64,000 bases of DNA from Vampirovibrionaceae bacterium NZW_1234 (lineage in GTDB: Bacteria; Cyanobacteriota; Vampirovibrionia; Vampirovibrionales; JAGQHJ01), in assembly GCA_041697335.1 (NCBI GenBank), contig JBGUGD010000016.1, forward strand, positions 1 through 64,000. The letters run 5' to 3'. Below, piece by piece: positions 20,027-31,509 of this stretch. How positions within the stretch are numbered: the first letter of the stretch is position 1; the number at the start of each line of letters is the position of its first letter. The notes beneath the pieces are model-generated. The model worked only from the letters and a program-made list of their open reading frames with translations, was not told where the DNA came from and did no database searches. The position numbers and the translations under genes were made by a program.

Positions 20027-21681
20027 TGACGTTAACGGCCTTAAAAGGAGCCCCTATCGGCACTCAGCTCCACTGTAAATCGTGGCAAACCGAAGCCGCC
20101 TATCGCATGCTGCTCAACAACCTGGATCCGGATGTTGCCGAAAACCCGGAAGCCTTAGTCGTCTATGGCGGAACGGGCAAAGCGGCTCGCAATCGCGAGT
20201 GTCTTGAAGCCATCTTGGCATCTCTAAAATCCATGGAGGCTGATGAAACCTTAATGGTGCAATCGGGCAAACCGGTAGGCATTTTTAAATCACACCCCGA
20301 TGCCCCCCGTGTGCTTCTCGCAAACTCGCTGCTGGTGCCTGCCTGGGCGACCTGGGATCATTTCCGGGAATATGAGAAACAAGGCCTCACCATGTACGGC
20401 CAAATGACGGCTGGAAGCTGGATTTATATCGGATCGCAAGGCATCTTGCAAGGGACATATCTCACCTTTGCCGAAGCCGCTAAAAAACATATGGGCGGCG
20501 ATTTATCCGGAAAATTCGTCTTATCTGCCGGTCTTGGCGGCATGGGCGGTGCTCAGCCCCTGGCCGTGAAAATGAATAAAGGCGTTTTTCTGGGTGTCGA
20601 AGTGGATCCCAGCCGCATTGAAAAACGCCTCAGCACCGGATATGTGGACAAGCGCGTCGATACCTTGGAGGACGCCTTAAAACTTGTAGAAACGCATTTG
20701 GAATCAAAAGAGCCGATTTCCATTGCCTTGCTTGGCAATGCGGCGACAGTGTATCAAGAGCTCGTAAAAAAGCGCTTCTTTCCGGATATGGTAACCGATC
20801 AAACGGCAGCCCATGATGCCTTGGTGGGATATATTCCTGAAAATATGACCTTGGCGCAAGCAGCTCAATTGCGTAACAGCGATCCCAAGGGCTATATCGA
20901 ACTTTCCATGAAATCTATGGCCCGGCAAGTGGAAGCCATGCTGGCATTTCAGGAAAACGGCGCCATTGTGTTTGACTATGGCAACAATATCCGTACCCAG
21001 GCCCATAAAATGGGCGTGACCGATGCGTTTAAAATTCCAGGGTTTATTCCGGAATACATCCGTCCGCTCTTCTGCCTGGGTGAAGGCCCGTTTCGCTGGG
21101 TGGCTTTGTCCGGCGATCCCGAAGACATCTACACCACCGACGAAGCGCTGATCCAGGCGTTCCCCGACAAAACCGAGATGATCCACTGGCTCCGCATGGC
21201 CAAAGATCAGGTCCACTTTCAAGGTCTCCCATCTCGTATTTGCTGGCTTGGCTATGGCGAGCGCGCCAAAGCCGGAAAAATTTTCAACGACCTGGTGGCC
21301 CAAGGCAAAGTCAAAGCCCCCATTGTCATTGGCCGGGATCACCTGGACTGTGGCAGTGTCGCCTCACCTTACCGGGAAACCGAAGGAATGAAGGATGGCA
21401 GCGATGCTATTGCCGATTGGCCCATTTTGAACGCCATGATCAACGCGGTCAATGGCGCAACCTGGATTTCAGTTCACCATGGCGGTGGTGTAGGAATTGG
21501 AAACTCGATTCACGCCGGAATGGTGATTGTAGCCGACGGCACTCCTGAAGCTGAAAAGCGTCTAGAACGGGTTTTGACGTCGGATCCGGGCATGGGTATT
21601 TTACGCCACGTCGATGCGGGGTATGATAGTGCCATAGCCGTAGCAAAAAACCAAGGTGTACAGGTTCCTTTATTGCCATGA
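20026..21681 (+). CDS. hutU: Urocanate hydratase
   Basis: [35 protein letters not shown]. Confidence 0.99.
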
Positions 21682-22958
21682 CCAGTGACGATCGCATCCT
21701 ACTGACCCACTTCGAACAAGTTGTAACTGTTGATCCCAGCCTAAGTTCTCCCTCAAACCCCCTTGGCGTGATTGAAGATGGTGCCATTGGCATTGAAGGC
21801 AACCAGATTGCCTGGGTAGGCTCCTCTGATGATATCCCCCCAGATTGGGAAGACGTCTATGAGCTGGATCATGAAGGTGTAATTGTCCTGCCAGGGCTCA
21901 TCGACTCCCATACTCACCCGGTCTTTGCCGGACAGCGGGCTGATGAGTTTGAAGCCAGACTCCGGGGAAAAACGTATCTGGAGATTGCCAAAGCCGGTGG
22001 CGGCATCCTCAAAACCGTCAATGCCACTCGAGGGGCTTCTTCAGAAGAGCTTCAGTACCTGACGGAAGAGCGCATTATTGAAGCCATGCGCTTCGGGGTC
22101 ACCACGATGGAAGCCAAAAGCGGCTATGGATTGACCACAGCCAGCGAGCTCAAGAGTCTTGAAGTATTGAAAACCCTCAACAGCGAATTGCCCATTGATA
22201 TCATTCCTACTTTTATGGGTGCTCACGATATTCCACCAGAGTACAAGGATCGGACCGACGAGTATGTCGATCTGGTTTGTCAGGAAATGATTCCAGCTGT
22301 TGCCGAGAACAACCTTGCTGTCTTTTGTGATGTCTTCTGTGAGGAAGGCTACTTCTCTGTAGCCCAAACCCGACGGATCCTGGAAGCCGGTCTGGCCCAC
22401 GGGCTGCTACCCAAGATCCATGCCGAAGAGTTCACGGATCTGGAAGGCGCCATTATGGCAGCTGAATTGGGTGCCGTCTCTGCGGATCACCTGTTGCATC
22501 TCTCGGACAAAGGCATTTATGTTCTGGCTGAAAGCGATACGGTGGCCACCCTGTTGCCGGGTACCGCCTTCTATCTCAGAATGAAAGAATATGCCCCTGC
22601 CCGTAAGCTCCTGGATGCCGGTGCGCAAGTGGCTTTGGCCACGGATTTTAACCCAGGCTCCTGCATGTCCCAAAATATCCAGCTTATGATGACCCTCGGG
22701 TGCTTGCAAATGGGCATGCTCCCCCATGAAGTCATTCGTGCAGTAACCTTGAATGCCGCCAAGGCTGTGGGCAAGGCCCATGATCGAGGATCGCTAACCC
22801 CCGGGAAGCGGGCCGATATGGCAGTCTTTGCCGTCAGCAGCTATAACGAGCTACTCTACCATTTCGGGATCAACCACCTGGCCCAGCTATGGATCGAAGG
22901 CGATCCGGTACTGATCTTTGAAACCGAGCTGCAAGGCGAGGAGATGAACCTGAACTAA
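21678..22958 (+). CDS. hutI: Imidazolonepropionase
   Basis: [26 protein letters not shown]. Confidence 0.97.
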   Translation: MTSDDRILLTHFEQVVTVDPSLSSPSNPLGVIEDGAIGIEGNQIAWVGSSDDIPPDWEDVYELDHEGVIVLPGLIDSHTHPVFAGQRADEFEARLRGKTYLEIAKAGGGILKTVNATRGASSEELQYLTEERIIEAMRFGVTTMEAKSGYGLTTASELKSLEVLKTLNSELPIDIIPTFMGAHDIPPEYKDRTDEYVDLVCQEMIPAVAENNLAVFCDVFCEEGYFSVAQTRRILEAGLAHGLLPKIHAEEFTDLEGAIMAAELGAVSADHLLHLSDKGIYVLAESDTVATLLPGTAFYLRMKEYAPARKLLDAGAQVALATDFNPGSCMSQNIQLMMTLGCLQMGMLPHEVIRAVTLNAAKAVGKAHDRGSLTPGKRADMAVFAVSSYNELLYHFGINHLAQLWIEGDPVLIFETELQGEEMNLN

Positions 22959-23896
22959 ACCGGCGTCGGCGTTGTCTGATGTGTTGGTCGTTCTAGGGCA
23001 CACATAGCTTCCACATAGGCTTTTAAGCCCTCAACAATACCGTAATCAGGCTGATATCCCAACACTTGCTGCGCCAAGGAAATATCAGCAAAGCGATGCC
23101 GGGCATCCCCGTCACGAAACTGCTCCAAGAGGGTGTATTCCTGATCGGTCTTCCCGAAAAACGTTTGCAAATAGGCCACAATCTCATAAAGCGAGATACG
23201 CTGGCCGGTGGCAATATTGAAACACCCGGATACCCCCGCAGAGCGTTGTAATATCAGCTCAATGGCCTTCAACACATCAGACCCATAGGTAATATCGCGC
23301 AGTTGATTGCCATCTTCGTAAAGATTGATGGGCTCATTGGTCAACAGTTTCTGGGTAAACGTCGCCACCATATGGTGGCCTGATGCGTTCAAATAACTGT
23401 CCGATGGCCAATACGGTTGAAAGCACCGCAAGATGGCCAATGGAATGTCACGCTTAACGGCCTCAGCCTGAAGCTGCATCTCCCATGCCAGCTGGAATTT
23501 CCCCAAGTCCGAAACGGGGAAACAGGCTTTGGCTTCACTTAAGGCCTGAGGCATCAACATTTCCATACAATAGGGACACAAGGGTTCCCATCGACGCGCC
23601 GCCAGGTGATCATCAACCCGACGCACGGGCTCAATCACCCCACAATCGCCACAGTGCCCTTGACCTTCACCATAAACAGCCGGGGACGACAATAAAATCC
23701 ATTGCCTTGCATTGGTCGGCAGATTCTCAGGCAATGTCTGAATGACAGATGATGCTTCCTGCCAAGTCCAGGCAGAAAAAACCACGCCATCAACGACTTC
23801 TGAAAGCCCTTTGATTCCATAACCCCGGGCCAAAAGGCCCTCGCAGATAAATTCGGTCAACGGGTGGTTATCACCGATAACAGCCAAGGTCATCAT
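22955..23896 (-). CDS. Degenerate NAD-dependent epimerase/dehydratase-like protein
   Basis: SSPAVYGEG, YEDGNQLRD, FNIATG, FRDGDARHRFADIS; GxxGxxG and YxxxK not recognisable. Confidence 0.8.
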   Translation of the reverse strand: MMTLAVIGDNHPLTEFICEGLLARGYGIKGLSEVVDGVVFSAWTWQEASSVIQTLPENLPTNARQWILLSSPAVYGEGQGHCGDCGVIEPVRRVDDHLAARRWEPLCPYCMEMLMPQALSEAKACFPVSDLGKFQLAWEMQLQAEAVKRDIPLAILRCFQPYWPSDSYLNASGHHMVATFTQKLLTNEPINLYEDGNQLRDITYGSDVLKAIELILQRSAGVSGCFNIATGQRISLYEIVAYLQTFFGKTDQEYTLLEQFRDGDARHRFADISLAQQVLGYQPDYGIVEGLKAYVEAMCALERPTHQTTPTPV

Positions 23897-23993
23897 AAGC
23901 CCATGTCCCTCCTACCAGGATGTAATCACTCTAGCGCAAAGAGCCCTGAACCGCCAATGCCCAAAACATTGCTTCACGAGTTCCAGATGAAAA

Positions 23994-24875
23994 TTAAGCC
24001 CCAGGTGGATTTAATGACGCCATCAACAAGGCTTTCGCCTTGAGCACCGTTTCATGGGACACATGATGCCCGGTCCACAAGGCAAAAGAGGCCGCCCCTT
24101 GATAAATAAGCATGTCCAATCCATCTTGGGTTGCAAGCCCAAAGGCTCTAGCTTCCTGAATCAATCGGGTTTCAAGCGGATTGTAGACCAAATCATAAAC
24201 CAGGGTCTGTGGATCCAGTTGGGCCAACATGCTCAATGGCATGGGGGACACCTCGATGTGAGGCGACATCCCAACAGGGGTCGTATTAACCACCAAGCCG
24301 GCAGACGCCCATGACTCTAAGGGAACGGTTTGGACAGCCATGATGGCCTCACTGGAAAGCGCCAGCGAGTGGGCCATCTGTTTGATGGTCGCCATCACCG
24401 GAGCGGCCTTTTGGAGATCGCGCACCCAGAAGGTCAGCCGATGAATCCCATGGGATAACAGACCATAGGCCACGGCCCGGCTTGCGCCTCCGGCCCCGAC
24501 AATGACAGCACCTTGCCGGCTCCATCGGGCAAAACAGTCTGGCGGCAGAGGGGCCATAAATCCAGCCACATCGGTGTTTTCGCCATGCAATTCCTGGCCT
24601 CGAACCAATACGGTATTCACCGCCCCAACGGCTCTGGCCGCTGAAGACACCCGATCCACATACGCCAGCATGGCCACTTTATGGGGCAGGGTCACATTAA
24701 ACCCGGTGTAGGTATGGGCGTCACGGGCCATCCAGTTGCCCAAGTTCTCCGGCGAAACATCCACGGCCTCGTAAGCTCCACACAGGTGCGCCTGTTCCAG
24801 AAAGATCTGATGCAAACGCGGTGAGAGGCTGTGACTGACGGGATGGCCTAAAACCCCAAGACGCAGATCCGACAT
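23994..24875 (-). CDS. aroE: Shikimate dehydrogenase
   Basis: GHPVSHSLSP, GFNVTLPHK, GAVNT, NTD, GAGGAS, DLVYNP. Confidence 0.97.
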   Translation of the reverse strand: MSDLRLGVLGHPVSHSLSPRLHQIFLEQAHLCGAYEAVDVSPENLGNWMARDAHTYTGFNVTLPHKVAMLAYVDRVSSAARAVGAVNTVLVRGQELHGENTDVAGFMAPLPPDCFARWSRQGAVIVGAGGASRAVAYGLLSHGIHRLTFWVRDLQKAAPVMATIKQMAHSLALSSEAIMAVQTVPLESWASAGLVVNTTPVGMSPHIEVSPMPLSMLAQLDPQTLVYDLVYNPLETRLIQEARAFGLATQDGLDMLIYQGAASFALWTGHHVSHETVLKAKALLMASLNPPGA

Positions 24876-24895
24876 CAGCCCGTCACTCGTAACGA

Positions 24896-26095
24896 TTAAA
24901 CTTTGCTCAAAAGCGCTACTTTATCCAGGGCTTGGGCAATGTCTTGCTGCAGATCGGCAACATCTTCAATCCCCACGGACATCCGGATCAGATTGTCCGT
25001 AATCCCCAGGGCTTGTCGAATATGAGGCTCAATGGACGCATGGGTCATCACGGCAGGCAACTCAATGAGGGACTCGATGCCTCCCAGACTTTCAGCCAGT
25101 GTAAAGAGCTTCAGAGATTTCATAAAGGTCTGTGCTTCAGTGGCACCCCCTCGCACCCGAACCGAAATCATGCCGCCAAAACCAGACATTTGGGCTTTGG
25201 CCAGGGCATGCTGCGGATGTGAGGGTAACCCGGGGTAAATAACCGATTCAATTGCCGGATGCGCTTCCATAAATTGGGCCAGAGCCAAGGCATTGGCTTC
25301 ATGAGCCTTCATTCGGACTGCCAAGGTCTTCAGCCCCCGCAAGGTCAAGAAGCAGGCCAAGGGATCCGGTGTGGCCCCTAAGGAGTTCTGATAAAAGCGC
25401 AGCTCCTTGGCATAGGTGTCATCACGCAAGATTAAGGCCCCGCCGACAACATCGCTATGACCACCAATGTACTTGGTGGTGCTGTGCAAAATAATATCCA
25501 CACCCAGACGAAACCCCTGCTGAAAATAGGGCGAGGCAAAGGTATTGTCCAGAATCGAGATGAGGCCCTTTTCTTTGGCAATGGTCACCATGGCCTGAAT
25601 ATCAACCAGCTTCAACAGCGGGTTGGTGGGCGTTTCGATATACAAAGCCTTGGTTTTCGGAGTGACCTTGGCCACCACGGCTTCGGGATTCGACATATCA
25701 ATGAACTCGATATCCACGCCAAAGGGCCGAAACACTTTGTCAAAGAATCGGTATGTACCGCCATAGACGTCATCGGCACACAGAATATGATCGCCCGGGC
25801 GGAACAAGGCCATTGACAAGGTGGTCAGTGCCCCCAAACCACTGGCAAAACACAACCCATGACGTCCGCCTTCCAGGTCGGCCAAGCAACCTTCTAATGC
25901 CGTGCGTGTCGGGTTCCCACTACGACTATAGTCGTAACCCTTGTGCTTTCCGGCTTCTTCTTGCGCAAACGTTGTAGTTTGGTAGATGGGGACAATCACA
26001 GCACCGGTTTCTTCATCCGGGGCCTGGTGACTGTGGATGGCCAGGGTTGCAAAGCGGTAATCTGTGTCGTGTGAGTCCATATCATTCATGCCCAT
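24896..26095 (-). CDS. Cystathionine gamma-lyase/synthase family PLP enzyme
   Basis: YDYSRSGNPTR, ETPTNP, HSTTKYIGGHSD, AESLGGIESL; start approximate. Confidence 0.95.
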   Translation of the reverse strand: MGMNDMDSHDTDYRFATLAIHSHQAPDEETGAVIVPIYQTTTFAQEEAGKHKGYDYSRSGNPTRTALEGCLADLEGGRHGLCFASGLGALTTLSMALFRPGDHILCADDVYGGTYRFFDKVFRPFGVDIEFIDMSNPEAVVAKVTPKTKALYIETPTNPLLKLVDIQAMVTIAKEKGLISILDNTFASPYFQQGFRLGVDIILHSTTKYIGGHSDVVGGALILRDDTYAKELRFYQNSLGATPDPLACFLTLRGLKTLAVRMKAHEANALALAQFMEAHPAIESVIYPGLPSHPQHALAKAQMSGFGGMISVRVRGGATEAQTFMKSLKLFTLAESLGGIESLIELPAVMTHASIEPHIRQALGITDNLIRMSVGIEDVADLQQDIAQALDKVALLSKV

Positions 26096-27092
26096 CAAGA
26101 AATCCTTTTTCAATCATCCACGTATCGTTATACATCTTGGTCATGTAGTTCCGACCGGTATCATGGACCAGCATGACAAAGGTCTTCCCCTGAGTGTCAA
26201 CGTCTTTAAAGAGCTTGCGCATGCCCGCCACCACAGAGCCGGTGGATCCACCCGCCAAGATGGCTTCTTTGTGGGCCAACTCCCGACCTGCCAGCATGGC
26301 CTCCCGGTCATCGACCTGAATCACCCGATCTACCACGGCCCCGTTATAAATCGACGGGAAATAGTCATAGCCAATCCCTTCCACCAAGTAGCTCCCAAGC
26401 TCGCTGCCAGAATAAATGGAGCCCACCGGGTCAATTCCCACCACCTGAATAGCCGGATTCTTTTCCTTTAAAAACCGCCCTGTTCCGGAAATGGTGCCAC
26501 TGGTGCCCATGCCGCAAACAAAGTAATCAATCTGGCCCTGGGTCTGCTCCCAAATTTCGGGCCCAGTGCCATAATAGTGAGCTAAAGGATTGTTGGGGTT
26601 GTCCAACTGATTCAAGACATGGGTATTCGGGTTTTCCCGTGCCATTCGCTCGGCCACATCCACATAATTATCCGGATGTCCGTGGGGGGCTTCCGTCGGG
26701 CACCAAATCACCTCAGCCCCAAAGGCCCGGAGCAGGTCGTATTTTTCCTGACTCATCTTACGGGGCAAGGTCACAACCACTTTATAGCCCTTCAAGGCGC
26801 CGATCATAGCAATGCCTAAACCCGTATTGCCACTGGACGGTTCCACCAGCGTATCACCCGGCTTAATGGTCCCGGCTTTTTCAGCCGCTTCAATCATCTG
26901 AAGGGCAATGCGATCCTTGCTGGATCCGTTGGGATTAAAAATTTCCAATTTCCCCAACACCGTTGCACCCGGAACATCGGCAAAAATCCGACTCAGGCGC
27001 ACCATCGGGGTCCCCCCGATGGCATCAATCATGCTGTCAAGGATGTGTGTGCGTTGAGCAAAGGCTGAGGAAACCATGGTGTGCCTTCCCAT
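26082..27092 (-). CDS. Cystathionine beta-synthase / cysteine synthase family enzyme
   Basis: KLEIFNPNGSSKDR, SSGNTG, GMGTSGT, YLVEGIG, RNYMTK; paired with the gamma-lyase gene as in reverse transsulfuration. Confidence 0.9.
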   Translation of the reverse strand: MGRHTMVSSAFAQRTHILDSMIDAIGGTPMVRLSRIFADVPGATVLGKLEIFNPNGSSKDRIALQMIEAAEKAGTIKPGDTLVEPSSGNTGLGIAMIGALKGYKVVVTLPRKMSQEKYDLLRAFGAEVIWCPTEAPHGHPDNYVDVAERMARENPNTHVLNQLDNPNNPLAHYYGTGPEIWEQTQGQIDYFVCGMGTSGTISGTGRFLKEKNPAIQVVGIDPVGSIYSGSELGSYLVEGIGYDYFPSIYNGAVVDRVIQVDDREAMLAGRELAHKEAILAGGSTGSVVAGMRKLFKDVDTQGKTFVMLVHDTGRNYMTKMYNDTWMIEKGFLDGHE

Positions 27093-27213
27093 TTCTCAGG
27101 ATTACCAAACTGTCCATAGACCTTGGCATTATAGCAGAAGCATCGTTAAAAATTGAGCGTTCTTGGCTGAATCCAAACGCCTTGGCTGTGTTTCTGGTTC
27201 AGACAGTTTCCTG

Positions 27214-27783
27214 TTAGCCGATATTGCATTGAAGAATCTGATCAATATCGGGCTCATTGAGGATTTTATCCGGGTCAATGGGCGGCAAGGCATGCTCTTT
27301 CAACAGGGCATCCGTCCCAAAGCGATCGATGACATGATCCACAAACAGAATCCCGTTCAAGTGATCAAACTCATGTTGAATAGCCCGACACAACAGGGAC
27401 TCTGGCTCAGGGCTCATCGTAAACACCCGACCTTTTAAATCCTTGGCCCGTACCGTGATGTGAGAGTATCGCTTCACATCAATAAAGACATTTGGAAAGC
27501 TCAAGCACCCTTCCCAGCTTACCATGGCGCCTTCTTTCTTAATCAACACCGGGTTGATAAACACCATCTGAGGCATCGGCTTGTCATCGGTCGAACAGTC
27601 CAATACAAAAATCCGCTTGGATTCACCTACCTGTGGTGCGGCCAAACCCACCCCATTGGCGGCATACATGGTGTCGAACATGTCACTGATCAGTTTTTGA
27701 ATTTTGGCCGACACCTTCGGCACTTCTTTGGTGGGCTCCCGCAAGACGGGGTCGCCATACTTGACAATTTTTAAGATGGCCAT
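27214..27783 (-). CDS. def: Peptide deformylase
   Basis: GVGLAAPQVG, EGCLS, QHEFDHLNG. Confidence 0.98.
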   Translation of the reverse strand: MAILKIVKYGDPVLREPTKEVPKVSAKIQKLISDMFDTMYAANGVGLAAPQVGESKRIFVLDCSTDDKPMPQMVFINPVLIKKEGAMVSWEGCLSFPNVFIDVKRYSHITVRAKDLKGRVFTMSPEPESLLCRAIQHEFDHLNGILFVDHVIDRFGTDALLKEHALPPIDPDKILNEPDIDQILQCNIG

Positions 27784-27941
27784 TCCTCAAGTACCCTGAC
27801 TTGTTTTCTATCAATAACTTTATTATACCCGGTTCCCCCGGCGAATTAAACCCCAGCAAGGCGTTTCAAGGCCCTGCCCCACATTCGCCTTCGCCCGCAA
27901 GAAGATGCCTCAAGCTCAATGCCAGTAGACCTGGAGGCGGA

Positions 27942-28709
27942 TCAGGATGAGGCGGATCGGGAATCTTGAAACAGCACCTTTAAGGCAAAGGTCGGCAAGG
28001 TTTTGTACACCCGCTTAATGCGAAAGGGTTCGGAGGTGATGCGATAAAGCCATTCCAAATGCCATTTCAGAAACAATGGATGCGCCCGTTGTTTTAACCC
28101 GCTCCAGATATCAAAGCTGCCCCCCACCCCGACAAAGACCGTCGGTTCCTGAAATATGGCTTTAAACTCCTGAATCCAGCGTTCCTGATGCGGCACACCC
28201 AGAGCCACAAACACATAGTTCGGCCGTGCGTCCGCACAGGCCTGAGCGATCTGCGCCCGCTCCTCGGCAGAGGCAAAGAACCCATGATGCGCGTAAACAA
28301 TAGTAAGCCCCGGATAGGTCTGCTTTAAGTTTTTAACCGCCGCTTCATTCACGTCCGGCTGCGCTCCCAAAAGAGCCACAGGCAAGCCTTCTCGAGCCGC
28401 TTTGGCGAGGAGTGCCTGGGAAAACTCAATGCCGGGTACCCGCTTTAAATGAATCCCCCGGCGCTTTAAGGCCCAAACAATCCCTGCTCCATCAGGCAAA
28501 ACCAAATCGGCCGACTTCAGCAAAGCTCCAAAGGTCTTGTCCTGTTCACCAAACATCAGCATCTCTGGGTTCAAAGTCACCACATGTTGATGCCGTCCTG
28601 CCTGCAATCCTTTATCCAGTGAGGCAATCAAGCCCTCACTGGAGTCAACATGCACGGGATAATCTAAAACAACGTGGGTTTGCATAGCTTCATTGTACGA
28701 AGACCTCAT
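27942..28709 (-). CDS. WecB/TagA/CpsF family glycosyltransferase
   Basis: VVTLNPE, PDGAG, RVPGIE, LGVPHQE, GVGGSFD, LEWLYR; start trimmed to ATG 28709 (28685 also possible). Confidence 0.93.
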   Translation of the reverse strand: MRSSYNEAMQTHVVLDYPVHVDSSEGLIASLDKGLQAGRHQHVVTLNPEMLMFGEQDKTFGALLKSADLVLPDGAGIVWALKRRGIHLKRVPGIEFSQALLAKAAREGLPVALLGAQPDVNEAAVKNLKQTYPGLTIVYAHHGFFASAEERAQIAQACADARPNYVFVALGVPHQERWIQEFKAIFQEPTVFVGVGGSFDIWSGLKQRAHPLFLKWHLEWLYRITSEPFRIKRVYKTLPTFALKVLFQDSRSASS

Positions 28710-28819
28710 CGACTTTTCCACCCCTTCCGGAAAGTGAAATCGATGCTTTCGCTTGCATCCACCCGGCAAACCGGAATAGACTAGTGCAAGTACAAGCGCA
28801 TGTGAGATGACACGGGTCG

Positions 28820-29809
28820 ATGGGAACGCCACCAAACGCACTGTCTGTTCACCATGTCTCGAAACAGTTTGGGGACATCCGGGCATTGAATGACGTCAGC
28901 TTTGATGTTCCGCAAAATACCGTTTTTAGCATTTTAGGGCCAAACGGCGCTGGAAAAACAACGTTGTTGCGAATTTTAACGACCGTAACCCGCCCAGATG
29001 CGGGACGTGTCTTGATTCAAGGACTTCCCGTCCAAACCCATCTTCTGGACATTCGCAAACACCTCGGTGTCGTGGCCCAGGAAAATCACTTCGATCATTA
29101 CCTGTCGATATGGCATAACCTGACCCTTCATGCCCAGCTTCACGGACTGAGTGAAGACGAATACGTCCCGAGAATTCATCAGTTGCTAGAGCAAGTTGGT
29201 CTGTTTAAACGTCGTTTCAGTATGCCCGAAGATCTTTCCGGGGGCATGCAGCGCCGGGTCTCTCTGATCCGGGCTCTGATTCATCAACCCACCTTGTTGT
29301 TTCTGGATGAACCCACCACCGGGTTGGACCCGCAAGCCCGTATTGAAATCTGGGAAACCATTGAAGCTGTTAAACGATCGACGACCGTCATCTTGACCTC
29401 CCACTACATGGAAGAAGCAGATCGTCTTAGCGATACCATTTTGTTGATCAATAAAGGTCAAGTTCAGTCCATTGGCACCCCAAAAGACTTAAAACAGGCA
29501 CTATCCCCCCTCAACAAGTACGAACTTGTATTTAAGCCGCCGATGGCCCATTCGTTTTTCCAGGATCTTCAGTCGCGTCAACACAAAGATCCCCAGGCAA
29601 ACGGGCTCCATCTCACTGAGCCTGACTCCGAGTATCGTCTGATCTTTCAGTCGAATAACCCCTGTGCCGTGCGCTGGGTTCTGGATCAGGCCAACATGGA
29701 AGACCTGGTTCGTTTTGGCCAAATCGAAGCCAACCTCGAAGATGTCTTTCTGGCCTTAGCGAACACCTCTGTGTCAGGCTCCTTGGGTTTGGAGGCACCC
29801 ACCCCATGA
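28820..29809 (+). CDS. ABC transporter ATP-binding protein (NodI/DrrA-like)
   Basis: GPNGAGKTT, LSGGM, LFLDEPTTGLD, SHYMEE. Confidence 0.95.
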   Translation: MGTPPNALSVHHVSKQFGDIRALNDVSFDVPQNTVFSILGPNGAGKTTLLRILTTVTRPDAGRVLIQGLPVQTHLLDIRKHLGVVAQENHFDHYLSIWHNLTLHAQLHGLSEDEYVPRIHQLLEQVGLFKRRFSMPEDLSGGMQRRVSLIRALIHQPTLLFLDEPTTGLDPQARIEIWETIEAVKRSTTVILTSHYMEEADRLSDTILLINKGQVQSIGTPKDLKQALSPLNKYELVFKPPMAHSFFQDLQSRQHKDPQANGLHLTEPDSEYRLIFQSNNPCAVRWVLDQANMEDLVRFGQIEANLEDVFLALANTSVSGSLGLEAPTP

Positions 29810-30573
29810 CACTACACCTTTATCACGGCATTTTACCCATCTGTCGCAAAGTCTTGCGCCGGGAAACCCATAGCTGGCTTGCCGAAACTCTGACTACTAT
29901 GGCCATTCCCTTAAGCTTCTTCCTGGCCTTTGGCCTTGGGCTGAAAAATTACATCACCCAAGTCGAAGGGGTCCCCTACCTTGTCTTTCTGACACCCGGA
30001 CTCATTACCATGACCGTGATGCTCGAAGCCTATCGCACCGGGGGCTGGGGGTTGTGGCTGGATCGATGGCATCAGAAAATGACCGATGAATACCGTATCA
30101 AACCCATCACCACCTCGGACATCATTACTGGTGAAATTCTGGGGGGCTTCACCGTGGCCATGGCCAAAGGCGCCATTGTGGGTATGATTTTGGCCTTGCT
30201 CGCTCCCGTCGATATGCCGCTGACCAATCTAATACCCTATACGCTATACCTGTTTCCCGGCAGCATCATCTTCACATGCATTGGCACCATGGTCGGCACC
30301 ATCTTCCGAAAACCGGATCAAATTGCCCAAATCCAGACCATTATTATTACTCCCCTGCTCTATTTGGGTGGGATGTTCTTTCCCATCGATCAATTTCCAA
30401 GCTGGATGAGCCCCTTTATTCGCTGGCTTCCCACAACTGCCTTGTTTGATGGTGGACGTGATGCCTACCTCCACGGCCACTTGGACTCCAGCTATACCAT
30501 CATCTTATTGTTTACCGCATTAGTGTCCTTTTGGGGAGCAACGCGGCTGTTTAATTCCCGACTGTCTGAATAA
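29806..30573 (+). CDS. ABC-2 type transporter permease
   Basis: About six hydrophobic segments; LGGMFFPIDQFPSW; ATGA overlap with the ATPase gene. Confidence 0.92.
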   Translation: MTLHLYHGILPICRKVLRRETHSWLAETLTTMAIPLSFFLAFGLGLKNYITQVEGVPYLVFLTPGLITMTVMLEAYRTGGWGLWLDRWHQKMTDEYRIKPITTSDIITGEILGGFTVAMAKGAIVGMILALLAPVDMPLTNLIPYTLYLFPGSIIFTCIGTMVGTIFRKPDQIAQIQTIIITPLLYLGGMFFPIDQFPSWMSPFIRWLPTTALFDGGRDAYLHGHLDSSYTIILLFTALVSFWGATRLFNSRLSE

Positions 30574-30789
30574 TCTAATTGATATCCAGCCTCTTTCCTT
30601 TTGATGCCTGTGTTTTCCACTGTAAAGATTTATTACTACTATCTCAAGTTAGTAGCAATTTTTGGAACTGAGGCACGTTTTAATAGCATCACTTCACCAA
30701 TCACCCTCATCGGCTCTCGGTGAGCCACTCTCTCTCTATTTTTTTATGTCGATAGGAATTGTTCGTTTAGGAAAGGACGGGTCTATAGT

Positions 30790-31224
30790 ATGTCGATCAC
30801 CCTCGGCAAACCTTCTGGCGTCCGCTTTGGCGCCACACTCTATCAAGGGCAGTACAACACCAGTAGCAATGCGGATCCCGGGACACTGATGCGAAACGAA
30901 GCTGTTCGGCGAAAAAGCGAAGGGCTTGCCAATCGCTTGGGCAGGCCGGATAAGGCAGATTATTTTTATGCCAAAAGTGCCACTTCCGGTGTTCTCGACG
31001 TCTATGTCGTGGATGGCCCCCAGTTTGAAGTCTTTCGGAATCTCAAAGACACTGTGAAAAAATTAGCCTTGCTGCGTGATGATATCGCCACAAAGTTCGG
31101 CGACAAAGCCCCGGGCGTTGGCCATGCCCGTGGGGTCATTGAAAATGCCTCCAAACAGGTAGAAGAAGCCTTACACAAAGTGCTTATCCACAACGATGTG
31201 GAGCCGGAACCCACAAAAAAATAA
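30790..31224 (+). CDS. Hypothetical protein with N-terminal VRFGA motif
   Basis: 144-aa ORF, AAGGA upstream, followed by a terminator. Confidence 0.75.
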   Translation: MSITLGKPSGVRFGATLYQGQYNTSSNADPGTLMRNEAVRRKSEGLANRLGRPDKADYFYAKSATSGVLDVYVVDGPQFEVFRNLKDTVKKLALLRDDIATKFGDKAPGVGHARGVIENASKQVEEALHKVLIHNDVEPEPTKK

Positions 31225-31266
31225 GTCATCAACCCCCACTCTATTTGCCCTCTTCCGACTGGGTAT

Positions 31267-31298
31267 GAAGCGGTACAAAACGATGTACCGCTTCTTTT
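31267..31298 (+). terminator. Rho-independent terminator
   Basis: GAAGCGGTACA-N6-TGTACCGCTTC followed by TTTT. Confidence 0.8.
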
Positions 31299-31509
31299 GG
31301 TATTATCCGAGCATTGTAACCAAAAATTAATACTTCTTAAATCCGCATTAAGGCCGCATCCCAATTATCCAATTTAAGTATTAAAAAACAATTATAAATA
31401 CAGTCTGGGTGACCTGTTACAAAATTTTCCAGAACGGGTTTTATGCTCATGAGCGAAATATGGCCCACGGGGGTCGGGTAACAGAAAGTACGAACAGGGG
31501 AATACGCCA

